From Oikopleura dioica (taxonomy: Eukaryota > Animalia > Chordata), in contig OU015568.1 in assembly GCA_907165135.1 (NCBI GenBank), positions 15,635,208 to 15,699,207 of the forward strand: 64,000 nt of DNA, given 5' to 3'. The position numbers and the translations under genes were made by a program. Positions 35,281-46,380 of this stretch are shown piece by piece. Positions within the stretch are counted from its first letter, which is position 1, and the number at the start of each line of letters is the position of its first letter. The notes under the pieces are model-generated. The model ran no database searches. It saw only the letters and a program-made list of their open reading frames with translations, and had not been told where the DNA came from.

Positions 35281-36191
35281 CCTCAAGAGGGTGTCTATTT
35301 TGATGCCCTTATTTCTTGCCTGATGCTTGGCACGAAAGTTTATTTCAGACTGGGTCATTTTAAATGGCCCGAACCCTAACCCTAACCTTGAGAATTGGTC
35401 TAGCGTAAACTTCGTTGTGCTAGAATTACTGCATTTCGAGTTGACTAATGAAAAGTATTAATTTACCTGAGATAGGCCCTGAGTGGATTTCGGCAGCTGA
35501 TTTCATAAAAGTTATCACCACTTGAGCAAGTTTAATTTTCGTATCTTTCGATTAAAGAGCAAAGGTGTCAGCGGCCGCTGCAGCCTTGTTCACCGATAAG
35601 TTACCACCACTTGGCGAGTCATCTGTATGTGGGCGACGCTTCGACAAAATCATTATTTTCCTCATGTCCTCTTGTGTCATCGAAGCTGTCAGAAGGTTGT
35701 TTGATTATTTTATGGTCCATGTGTAAGCTTGGTTATTTCTCGAACAAGCGGAAAATAATTGATTCTCTGCCCGAATTCAAGGCCAAATTGGTATTTTTGT
35801 ACGACCAAAAATTTGAATTTTCGTGACAATTTTCACCAAAATTTTGGTCAATTTCGAGTCCAATAAAATTTCCGCATTCGGCCTATAGGCCAATCAGATT
35901 TCAGAAAAAAGAAATAATCGCATTTTTCGTCGATTCGAGACGCGACTCAAAAATTTCTAATTTGAAAAAAGATTTTTATATTAATTTTTTTTTTGCAAAA
36001 TCGTCTTTATCAGTAAAAAAGCTCTTTTGACAGAAAATTTATAAAGAAATTTCTATACTAGAGCTAGAACTGACCCATCGAGGCTCTAGTAGACTGTGAC
36101 CGATTATACAGATGAGTATGCCGCTCAAAAAACAGTGGAAATGGCGCAATGAAAAGATGGATAGAGGTTAGCTAGCGGCCGCCCGATGTGG

Positions 36192-36240
36192 CAGACAGTC
36201 CGGCGCCTATGACTGCAGGTGCACCGCGCGCTATAACTCG
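36192..36240 (+). promoter_or_regulatory. BMP-responsive Smad element plus E-box and TATA upstream of Id-like gene
   Basis: CAGAC-AGTCC-GGCGCC (36192-36207) = reverse of GGCGCC-N5-GTCTG; CAGGTG at ~36217; CTATAA at ~36232. Confidence 0.6.
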
Positions 36241-36447
36241 CAGCGCGCTCGCCTCCACCGCTAGTCACCACCGTCCCGTCGCCGTCTCCACACACCGACC
36301 AGAAATCAATAAAACAACTAATTTTTTCCGAAAAATCGAGAACCAACAAAAATCTACATTTTCAACGAGAACGAGAGAACCAAATCAAAACAGCAACCAC
36401 CAAACCCCTCTCGTTTGAAAACAGAAGCAAAACAGCAACAACAAAAA

Positions 36448-36645
36448 ATGGCTGTCAAAACCGAAACCTACAACCAAGAATTAATCAAAACCTACAAACA
36501 GCAAGAAGCCTTCCTGCAAATTCTCAAAGCCTTGGTTGCTCAGGACCCGTTCCAGCCGATCAACGAGCTGCAGCTGATAGAAGAAACGATTCTTTATATA
36601 AAATTGTTAAAATGCCAGGTCGACGCTGTTAAATCGACGTTTTAA
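36448..36645 (+). CDS. Id: Id/extramacrochaetae-like HLH protein without basic region (65 aa)
   Basis: EAFLQILKALV-loop-NELQLIEETILYIKLLKCQV aligns with the emc/Id helix 2 pattern (xxLEIIQHVIDYIxDLQ); single exon. Confidence 0.65.
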   Translation: MAVKTETYNQELIKTYKQQEAFLQILKALVAQDPFQPINELQLIEETILYIKLLKCQVDAVKSTF

Positions 36646-37667
36646 CTTTTCCCTTTCTCTGTTTATTTTTGCTTGTTCATTTATTTTATTCACGCCCTTT
36701 TCCTTTCTTTTTCTGTGCTAAATAAATCAACTTTGAAATTTCACGAATTTTAATTTCTTAATAAAAAGAGCAGTAAAATAAGTAATAAATTTAAACAGTT
36801 ACAGGAACTTCTACTGGCTTTTTGGCCACAAACTTCCTAAAAATATATCTTAGAACTCGACTTTTTTAATTTCAGTAGTTGAGACCCTTAATTTTAGGGC
36901 CTAAAACTTAAGTTCTTAAAAAACATTGTGTTTGCCAATAATAAACACTTACCATGTCAGGGCAAAACAAGCCCCGGTCTGAGTATTCTTCAACCATCTC
37001 TGCAGCAACGTTTTGCCAAGTTTCGCTTTCATAAGATGAGCAAATCTGTCCATAAGATTCTTCAATGAAAACTGAACGAAGAATTTTTTTCTCTATATAA
37101 AAACTAAAATAAACCATTCACAGCATCGCATATTTCATTTTCTGAGTACAAGCCCGGATCGGATAAATATCTTCAAATATTATTTTTCTGTTAAAAAAAT
37201 CCAAAAAGAACTTACGCATTTATTTTATCATCATTCGTACTTCTCTTTCTGAAATAAGACATCAAAACTTCTCTCTTGTTGTTTTAAAAATGCATAATTA
37301 CGACCACTCAAAAGCAATTTTAACGACTTACGTTATAAGTTTTACATCTGAATTTGCTCTTATCATTTTTGTGTTTTCGATGTTGATTAAAATAAGCAAG
37401 TTTTAATTTCACTTCCGGGATAGTCATACCGTGATTCACATTTCTGACTGTCCTATGTTTTAGCACAGGGAAATGTTCAAACGATGTTTCAAACGAAATG
37501 GTCACTCAAGAATGTGAATCGCGGTATATCGTAAACTTTTTGAATAGACAAGCCTAATCCCTAATGATGATCAAATCGTAGATAAAAATGAAGGTTCTTA
37601 TCTCGTGTGGGCAAATTTCTTTTGAAGGCCCCAATTTTAACGGACTCGATATTCGTCATGAAGGTTA

Positions 37668-37890
37668 CAGTCAGGTCTTGCAATTGCGCGAACTGAAATT
37701 GCGCGGTTTTCGGCAAAAATCCCGAAAATTTTGCATTTTCCAAAAATGCTTGTTTTTCATAGTAGAAAGAAAAGAGGCGAAAAAGGTCAATAAAATTGTC
37801 CCATTTTCAAAGAAAATTGACGGCTTACAATTACGCGGTTTTTGGCGAAATTCCCGAAAAATAAAACCGCGCATTTGCAAGCTCTGACTG
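37668..37890. mobile_element. Tc1/mariner-type MITE
   Basis: TA|CAGTCAGGTCTTGCAATTGCGCG...CGCGCATTTGCAAGCTCTGACTG|TA. Confidence 0.8.
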
Positions 37891-37954
37891 TAATTTTAAA
37901 CGGAATTTCTAGTCGCAGCGTTGTTACGTAACAACACTTTAGAAAATCCGTTAA

Positions 37955-38279
37955 GGACCCCCGTTAGCTTTTTCGAAAAATCAAACTTCGGAATTTTGAA
38001 ATTTTGACCCCGGAAATGGATTCTACGGGTCAAAAAACGATTTTGAGGCCTCATTTTTTGGGGTCTATCTCGACTCCTTCACCCCCAAAATCGCATTTGA
38101 AAATTGGGCTTTTCGCCAAAATTGACGATTTTGCCCTAATTTTGGCAAAAATATAGATTTTTCTTGGTCAAAAATTCCTCCTATCAAGTTTTTGAAGCGA
38201 ATTAAACCTGGGGACTGGGGAAAAATTTGGTGTTTTTAAAAATTTCCATTTTTCCAAGGAAAAAGCTGACGGGGGGTCC
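37955..38279. mobile_element. Kolobok-like MITE (TTAA TSD, GG termini)
   Basis: TTAA|GGACCCCCGTTAGCTTTTT...AAAAAGCTGACGGGGGGTCC|TTAA. Confidence 0.8.
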
Positions 38280-39212
38280 TTAAATAGGTGATCCCCTTAA
38301 TTCCTTAACGCGGACACCTCCCATAAGTATTTGACGGTTGAATTTGGGCCCATATATTTTTTTTTCTTTTGAGAAAATAAAATGATGCCATTCTTTGATG
38401 ACAACAACAAATTATTGTTCATCTGGAAAGAAAGCATAATTAACAATAAAATTCAAGCCGTATATAAATTGATTAGTCTTAAACATATGTACCACGTCGA
38501 ATAGAGAGTCCCTAGTTAGTCATACTAATTCTAGTCTGAGATGCACGTGAATGGATTCACTCCGGTAGCTGTGTTATGAATACCGATTGCAGATTTTTTT
38601 CTCCCCGGTTTGCTGACAAGAAAACATTTACACATGGTGGACACCCTGGAGCTCGTTTGCATTCGTATTTTGGGAAAAAGTTAGCTGCTCAGATCTGACG
38701 CCGAATTTTCAAGTGTTATTTAATTAGTCACCAGTCTAAAATCACCCCTTTCCTGCTTTATTGAAATAGTAGCTTGAGTGTTAAAAAAAAGGAAAATCCC
38801 GCCTGGCACGTTATTTATCTCCCCACTGCCAGGTTGGATAATTATTATCTCCCTGCCGCCTTTCCTTATTTCCTGATGCTCAATTGCTCATGCATATGAC
38901 AGCTTGGTATGTTCTGCTTCTTGATCCCACCCAATCTGGTGGCACTTTGGCGGGTTCATTAGAAGCTGTCACCGGATCTACCTTCCTCAAATCGTCGGGG
39001 AGAGGGATATATACTCTCCGCCTGGCGGTGGCGCCGATCAAATCCGACTAGTCATTTCTTTTTTTATCGAACTAGATACCTACATTCATCCTGGCGCGGG
39101 TGTCAGCCATCGGGAACCTGCGCCCAAAGGTGTCAGACGCAGCCAGAAAAAGAATCGAAGCCCGAAGAGAGCACGGGTAGAGGCCCTTTGTCGCCTTTGC
39201 GAACACTAAATC

Positions 39213-40941
39213 CACCTGCATACTTTCAACTTTTTCTAACGCGGTAGTCTTCCTGATAACTTAAAAAATAGCCAAAAAACTTCAATTTTTTTAATCGAAA
39301 AATCAAAATTTTCGATCGAAATATTCAAAATTTGATATATTTGTGGGAACTTTTGAAAGCGCTTTTTGAAATTGGAATGAAATTTTTCGTCGGAATTTTG
39401 ATCTTCCCAGCTGAGAAAAAAAGGGGTGGGCGGCGCCAGGCAGGTGCTGGTGCTCATGGATTGGTGGTGCACCTGTGGAGAGAGAGAGGGGCACCAAAAG
39501 AAAGAAACGAAAGCAGGTGGCTGAGTAATGCGCCCCGACTTGTGTAAAATTTAATCCGCGGTGGGATAAAGGGGAGATGAAAATTTCGCTGTTTACTTTA
39601 CGGCGAGTCGTCGGCCCGCCTGCTGCTTTTTGCGCCTGCTGTGGCACCACCACCACCAGTATTGGCACCTGCTCACTACACCTGGCTCTGCTCTCGGTGG
39701 TTATCAACCACCTGTGCTGTTTCTCCTTCTTTCAATATCGAAGTCATTTTTTTTCTCAATCGAATTCAATATTATCGAATAACACGAAACAAACTTGGTT
39801 TATTTAAGGGTGTATCTGTCCTAAGTCAAAAAGTCCGATTTCAATCAAAGAAAAGAAGGAAAATTAATGTTCGAAGGCTATCTTCCTTATTTTGAATAAA
39901 TCCTGTCCAGTTTTAATTCGAGTTTCTTAGTCTCTCACAGGTGGCCTTAGCTCAGCAGGAGGCCTGTACAGGTGGAGCGAGAACGTTATCTAATCCACCG
40001 AAAGCCTCTTCTAAACTTCCGTCAGCCGCATCAGAGCGAGAGATTGCAGCAATTTTTTTCTTCGCTGGGCTACAGGTGCATCAGTTGCATCGGCCACCTG
40101 TTTTAAAGCAGCAATCAGTAGCTATCCTCGGCTGATTACAAAGGTTTTTGCTTATCATCAGAACGTGGGGCGTCGTGCGTACGCCGTGCTACTCGATAAT
40201 CGATGTCCTGCCGAGTAGTAGTGGAGCAGGTGTTGCCTCTTCGTGGTGGTGGTGTCCTTCTACGGCTGGATATAATGCAGGTGCTCCCCGTGCGCCCAGC
40301 TGGACACTGATAAAGTACTCAATATGTGTATGATTGTTTTGGGCAGGAGCCACGGCGTTATCAGTAGCCGCTCCCCTGCTGGGGCCCACGAGCCAGGTGC
40401 CTCACTGCCACGCCAGGTGCCAGCACCACCTCCACCAGATATCAACAGAAATGCACCTGCTGGTCAGAAGCATGCTGCTATTTTTCATGTCAAAACGGGG
40501 CCTCATCCATCTCACTGGTCGGTTTTCGGAAATTGATCGTCCAGCTATTTCTGGTACAGTACTTTTTTACCAGATTTTCAAGCGTTGAAATAAGCAATAG
40601 TCTAATCAATTTAATTTTGACACCCTTAAACTGAAAAAAGAATTTCTCAAAAATCTCTCCCTAAATCGTAATCTTCTTGAAATGAACCTGTTTTTGTACG
40701 ATGCTTATTATACAGTAAAGTTTCTCCGTCCACCTGGTGATGGTCCTCCACCTGTGTGGCTCATCCCAGCAGGTGCGCCCAAGCAGTTGGTGGTGGAGGC
40801 GAAGGAGCAGCTGGCGGCGGTGCTGGTGGTGCGACTCTGTCACCACCAGCTGCTCCATGGTGGCTCACACAGGTGGCTACCCCGGACGCGAGACTAGCTC
40901 AAGTCAAAATTTTAACCCGCCGGCTGGTACTTTGCCAGGTG
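39213..40941. promoter_or_regulatory. Homotypic CAGGTG E-box array upstream of BMP3
   Basis: 21 CAGGTG/CACCTG sites counted by hand in 1.73 kb; no long ORF. Confidence 0.65.
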
Positions 40942-41246
40942 TGGATCATCCGCTGGATCAGGCAAAAAGATGAGACTTTAGCTGCCCGTTTTTAAAATAA
41001 CGGATTTGACCGTCATTTCTCACTCAATTCTACCTTGTGTGGTAAAAAATGCTGCGACAGAATCGTAATAATGGAATCTCTCTGGCTTTCTTGCGGGGCC
41101 ACCCTAGCGCTCTAGCGCGTACTACACTCAGAAAATGCGCCGCGGTCGCTCTGGCCTTCGGTTTCGCCGCTGATCACTCCGACCACTTCGACGATTTCGA
41201 CCGACACACTTTCATAACTAAGAGATTTAACAACGCATTCACCAAG

Positions 41247-43059
41247 ATGAGAGCAGTTTTATTGGCTCTCGTGCTCTCAATTTTCGACAAAACCAACTCA
41301 GCCGCCATCGATGAAGATTTTGGAAAGTTTTTCAACGGCGCAAGGCCTTTCAGACGTTCTGAAAATGCGAAAATTTCAGACCTGGCCAAAGGTAAGAAGA
41401 GGGGTTATTCAAGAGGCAGGAATTTTACCGGTTTTTGACGAGCACGTGTTCAAACGGCCTGCGCAGGATTTTATTGGCACGAGCTGGCCGCCGACGGAGG
41501 TCACACTTGGGTTAATATTTACCGCAAATACAGCCCTACAACAGATGTAGCCTTATATTATTGAGAACTCTGAGTCCTTTCTGTGACTTCGTAATTGTAT
41601 CGCTTTCCATACCGTGGTTGTATGTACTGTAATTGAGCGAAGGAGATTGCGCGCGGATCAAAGGAAAGGGTAGTTTTCGCAGGTGCGGCAGTGGTGAAGG
41701 GGAATATTTACTGTAGCTGTAATAAACGCATTCAGGCACTGCTCCGGCATTTCTCCTTCATCTTTACGAAAAGCTCAAATCGCTGGACGAGGATTCGCAA
41801 CAAAAGCTCCTCGCCGATGGGAACACCGTCCGCGCCGTTTACCCAATAGAAGGTATTGTAACACAAATCCCCAAACACCTGCAAATTGCTCTCTATGTGT
41901 TCCTAGAGAATGCAGCACTCTCACGCAACCTGAGATCTGTTGACAATTGTCTTTGTAGATGCTGAAGGCAGGTGGATCTTTGACGTTTCGGCTTTGCCGG
42001 AGAACGAGAAAGTCGTGACATCCGAGTTCCGGGCGGTATTAGGACCCGGCCCTCAGGTGAGTCTTAAAAACACTCTTTCATTTCATCAAACGCACATAGA
42101 AACACATGAACATACGACACACAGCTACAGTATCTGTCCTCCAACTCAGCATTTCTCAAAAACCGACGAGATTTTTACCAGAAAATTTCACAAAAACAAA
42201 GTCATCAACTGTCATTCCTCGATCTGATGTTTGGACGAGTGCACTTTTCAAACGCCTTATTCACGAAGCAGTTGATGAGAACACATATCTTCAGCTTGAT
42301 ATTGATAGTTTACCTGAAAAGTAAGATCTTTTCTTTTTGCGTCTTCTTCAAATTTTTCTTCAGTCAAGACTTCATGCCGATATTGGTCCTCTACTGCAAC
42401 GACATCGACCAAAATGTGCCGGAAAAGATGGCAGAGCCACTTGACAGTCTTCTAAGAAAAAGAAGAGAGACAACATCTTTTCCTTTGAGGTAAGAAAAAT
42501 GTTCAAGAAATTAAATCAAACTGCCAAATTCAGCACGGAAGAAGAGCAAAAGACGCGCCGAAAACAACGAAGAGAACGAAAATGTAAAAAGCGAAAGAAT
42601 ACTCGTAGAAAGTCCTGCTCAAAGAAACGTGAGAAACTCAAGATTATAAAAAATCATTTGATATTTAGATTCAAGAAAATTGTCAGAAAAAATGAAGAAG
42701 AGAAAGTGCCAGAGAAAGAGTCTTCATATCGACTTCAATGAAATCGGCTGGAATAGCTGGATTATTGAGCCAAAAAGCTTCGATGCATTCTATTGTGCTG
42801 GCCAATGCGGCTATCATGAGATGCTGGTAAGTGACGAATTTTCTTACTCTTCACTAGTTATAAATTTCAGAGCTCGAAGAAATCAAACCACGCATTTCTC
42901 CAATCAATCATGAACAGATACGAGCCAGAAGTGCCCCTGCCCTGCTGCGTTCCAGACAAACTCGCTCCTCTGAGCATTTTATACAACGAAGAGAGCTCGC
43001 AACACGTCGTTCTCAAAGTCTATCCAAATATGTCCGTACTTTCGTGCTCGTGTAGATGA
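41247..43059 (+). CDS. BMP3: TGF-beta family ligand, BMP3/GDF10-like
   Basis: Signal peptide, prodomain (FLLHLY...GNTVR), RKRR site, mature CQRKSLHIDFNEIGWNSWIIEPKSFDAFYCAG...PCCVP...VVLKVYPNMSVLSCSCR*. Confidence 0.88.
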
Positions 43060-43317
43060 GGCTCACTACACTGCTTCTATTCTATTTTCAACTGTACATT
43101 CAACAATTGTAAATTATCGACGACTTTCACTGTAAAGAAAAAGTAAAAACATCCCTCTCTGATTGTCAGTCACTTTTAATTAGCACACAGGGAGCATGAT
43201 TAAGTTGTTTGGTGCTCTGAATTGTTGAGTCATCATTAAATTGGAGCAATTATTCCAAAATTGGCGGTGGAGCATCCGGCTCTCAAGTGAATTGTTGTAG
43301 CGAGAGAGATAACTAGT

Positions 43318-44595
43318 ATGTCGAGCATATTTGTTAGATTAGGGATCCTGGTTGTACTGGCAGAAGGGCAGTTAAACGATTGTGAGCCATTCGTAGGGCC
43401 AACTACTGGGCTAGAGACTTATTGCCAGGATGAAATCAACCAGAGACAGTACAAATCGATCGTTAGAAATCCGTCGCGGAATCCATTAGGTATGCTTTTA
43501 TCAGCTTCTTTTCTCAATATTCTGTAGTAAATTGGGGAAAACTGGCCTGTCCTGCTCCTCAATATCGAAGCCTTACTGCTGCAGCTCAATTTGTTGATTC
43601 CCGAAACTGCTATGAACATACCCGGAATCTGTTCTGCGCAGTCATGCTCCCAGAATGCAACGGAACGCATGTTTTTGAAGCTTGTGAAAAGATGTGCACT
43701 GATTTCTCCACAAAATGCAATCTGTACAATTTTGCTGGACAGAGTGTCCGCTGCGGAGGGACTCATTTTGGAGTGCTGAATTGTAAGGAGTTTCAAAACG
43801 TTTACATCGAGACAAACCGGTGCAAATACGAGAAGATTGTGACTTCGACGAAGATTGTTGTAAAACCGACTCGGTCAAGCAATACTCCAAGTCTACTGTA
43901 AGTAGTTTTGAAATGTCAGTTTTAATTGTCGATAAAGGTCTGGAGGAGACAATGGCGTACGAAATCCGACAACTCCTTTGCCACCAACAAATAGAGCGGG
44001 GGAGGAGCCGATACAACAACTCAAGCCCCGGCGAAACCCGTAACAACTATGGCACCGACATGCCCCGCCGATGGAACTTGCTTGGAGCTCATTGAAGCCC
44101 AAGAGTTACAGTGGAGAACTTGCATTGAAAAGTTCATCGATCCTACTTCTAAATTCACAGTCATTTGCGAGTGGATCAAATCCTTTGTTAGGTGGCGTTG
44201 GGCGGTTTTCAGACGATGGAATCGACTTTGTAAGCGTTCAAAATGAGGATTTTGTTAATATCTTTTTCTAGCAAAGGCAATTACTTTCGAAGAATACGAC
44301 ATGGCAAAAGTTGAATGCCCAGTTCAGGGGACCGTACGATGCTATAGTGCTAAAAGAGTGAGTTTTGAAAATTATTTCGAGGAAATGGATAATTATTTTA
44401 CTCAAGAAAAAATGCATCCGAGATCTGCACAATTGCCCTTATTGCTATTGCGAAATAGACCTAGACGATTCGTATGGAAATATTTTGCGCTACTGGTCGA
44501 ATGACAATGACTTCTGGGGTTATCGCCTGCAATATCAATGGTTCCAAATGTCCATGAATTATACTGAGATTACTGATGAATATGAAAAGCTGTAA
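43318..44595 (+). CDS. Secreted Cys-rich protein with Frizzled-CRD-like segment and Thr/Pro linker
   Basis: Signal MSSIFVRLGILVVLAEG; CYEHTRNLFCAVMLPEC...ACEKMC...C; apparent one-base frameshift in the G-run at ~43998. Confidence 0.6.
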
Positions 44596-44825
44596 AAACT
44601 TCCAATAAACGTTCTTATATAATGATGACAAAGGTCTATTTTTGATATCAGTTTCAGAGGTAATTGAAAACATGTAAAGTTGTCGAAAGAAATGGCAGTG
44701 CGTGAAGAAAAAATGAACTTTTGTGACAGACAGAACTTCTGAAACAGGAGATAAAAGGCAGAGGAGTGTTAATTAAGCGAGTAACAGTTCACAGAACACG
44801 CTTGGATTGTAATCAACAAACAGGT

Positions 44826-46243
44826 TCAGAAAGGATTGACAGAGATTTTTGCTTTCTTTGAAGGGTTATTTTCGACTGGCTGTTCAGGCATCAATCTTTT
44901 TCGCGAAGGATCGACGTTTTCTTTGTAAGGGGACGTATCAAGATCCTGAGGGTCGATTCTTGCGTTGAGATCGACTTCAAGGACCTCTTTCCTTGCAGCT
45001 TTCTTTCTTGCTCGCGCTTCAGCTTTTCGTTTGGCTTCATTCGATTCTTTTTCTTCTAGCAATTTTGCCAACGAATCCGGGACGCCCGAAGAAGAGAGTA
45101 TGTGGACTAGTTTTCTGAGGTGGATAAGGTCGAGATCAAGCGCATCCATTCTGATTTTCACAGTCACTGGGTACCGAACACTTTTACGAGCGATTAAATA
45201 TTCGCCCTCGATTTTGCACCAGTCACTTCCAATAATACCGTTCATTCGATTCTTCGGTGCGTATTGACTCTTTACTTCTTCAGGAGTATTTCGATCAATG
45301 ACAATAAACTCAGGGTGTGGAGGCCACCAAGCGCAGTTAGGTGGAGGCAGTCTTGGAAAACCCGCAACATGGTATCCCATCGGCACGGGCGGGCGCGGGG
45401 GCCAATTCCAAAATTGTGCGCGGGTGCGGGCGGGAACCGGGCCAAACATTTCGTGCGGGTTCGGGCGGTTTCGGGGGGCCGGTGCGGGAGGTTGCGAGGG
45501 TCGAATATTTGGAGGTAGTTGGGTCGATGACGGAGTCAAATTTTTAGTGGTGCCCTGAATTTTTATTAATTTTTTTCATTCAATGAATTATTTTTACCGA
45601 AGCAGTTTGTTTTTGATGATTTAAATTATTTGTAGGGCGCGTTTCGGAAATTTGTTTTTGTACTTCTTTCGTAGAAACTTTAGGGGCACGCAAAGAAGAA
45701 AGCTTGTTGTCGAGAATTTCTTTTTGTTTTCTATCGAGGTCAGGTAGAGCGTCCAATGTAATTCGTAGCACAGGATAGTCCATGGTCGAAGGAGTCATGA
45801 AATAATCGCCTTCAATTTTGTAACTGTCCTTCATAATTATATTTTGTATTCGATCTTTCCCCGCGTATGCATTCAGTTCTTCTTTGGGGCTGTTTTGATC
45901 AAAAGTGATTATTACACCCTAGAATTTTAGAAAATGTTTTTATTCAATAAATAGTTTTTACCTCTTTATAATTATTGTCACCATAGAAGAACTTTGGCCT
46001 TTTCACATATTTGTCGTACAACACTTTTTCGGCCGCTTTTTTGGCTTCAATTTCGGCCTTTTTTTTCTCTCGCTCGCGAAATCGAGCAAGTTGTTGCTCT
46101 CTTCTTTGTTTGATATGGGGAGGGACTTCAGCACTAACACCGTTGACAACAGCTTGTCGAGCAATGGAACTGACTGATCCAGAAGCAATCTTTCCATTTA
46201 GCAATTTTCGTCGACCTTTCGGACAAGAGGTTTTTCGAAACAT
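44826..46243 (-). CDS. Uncharacterised 3-exon protein with two copies of a ~70-aa domain
   Basis: Introns ~45919-45961 and 45555-45597 join three listed ORFs in frame. Confidence 0.7.
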
Positions 46244-46380
46244 TCTATCGATTTAAATCGATCAAATTTAATAAAAACGAATTCCAAAGAATGAATGTCA
46301 GAAGCATTTTATTAATTATTGCACCAATGATTGAAAGTTTCCTACAGTAAAAACGAGAATATAATTGAACACTAACACTG

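Noticed and set aside
40661-40995. Gly/Ala/Pro-rich ORFs in the E-box region
   Set aside because: All frames close within ~80 codons and no consistent exon chain was found; by-product of GC-rich motifs.
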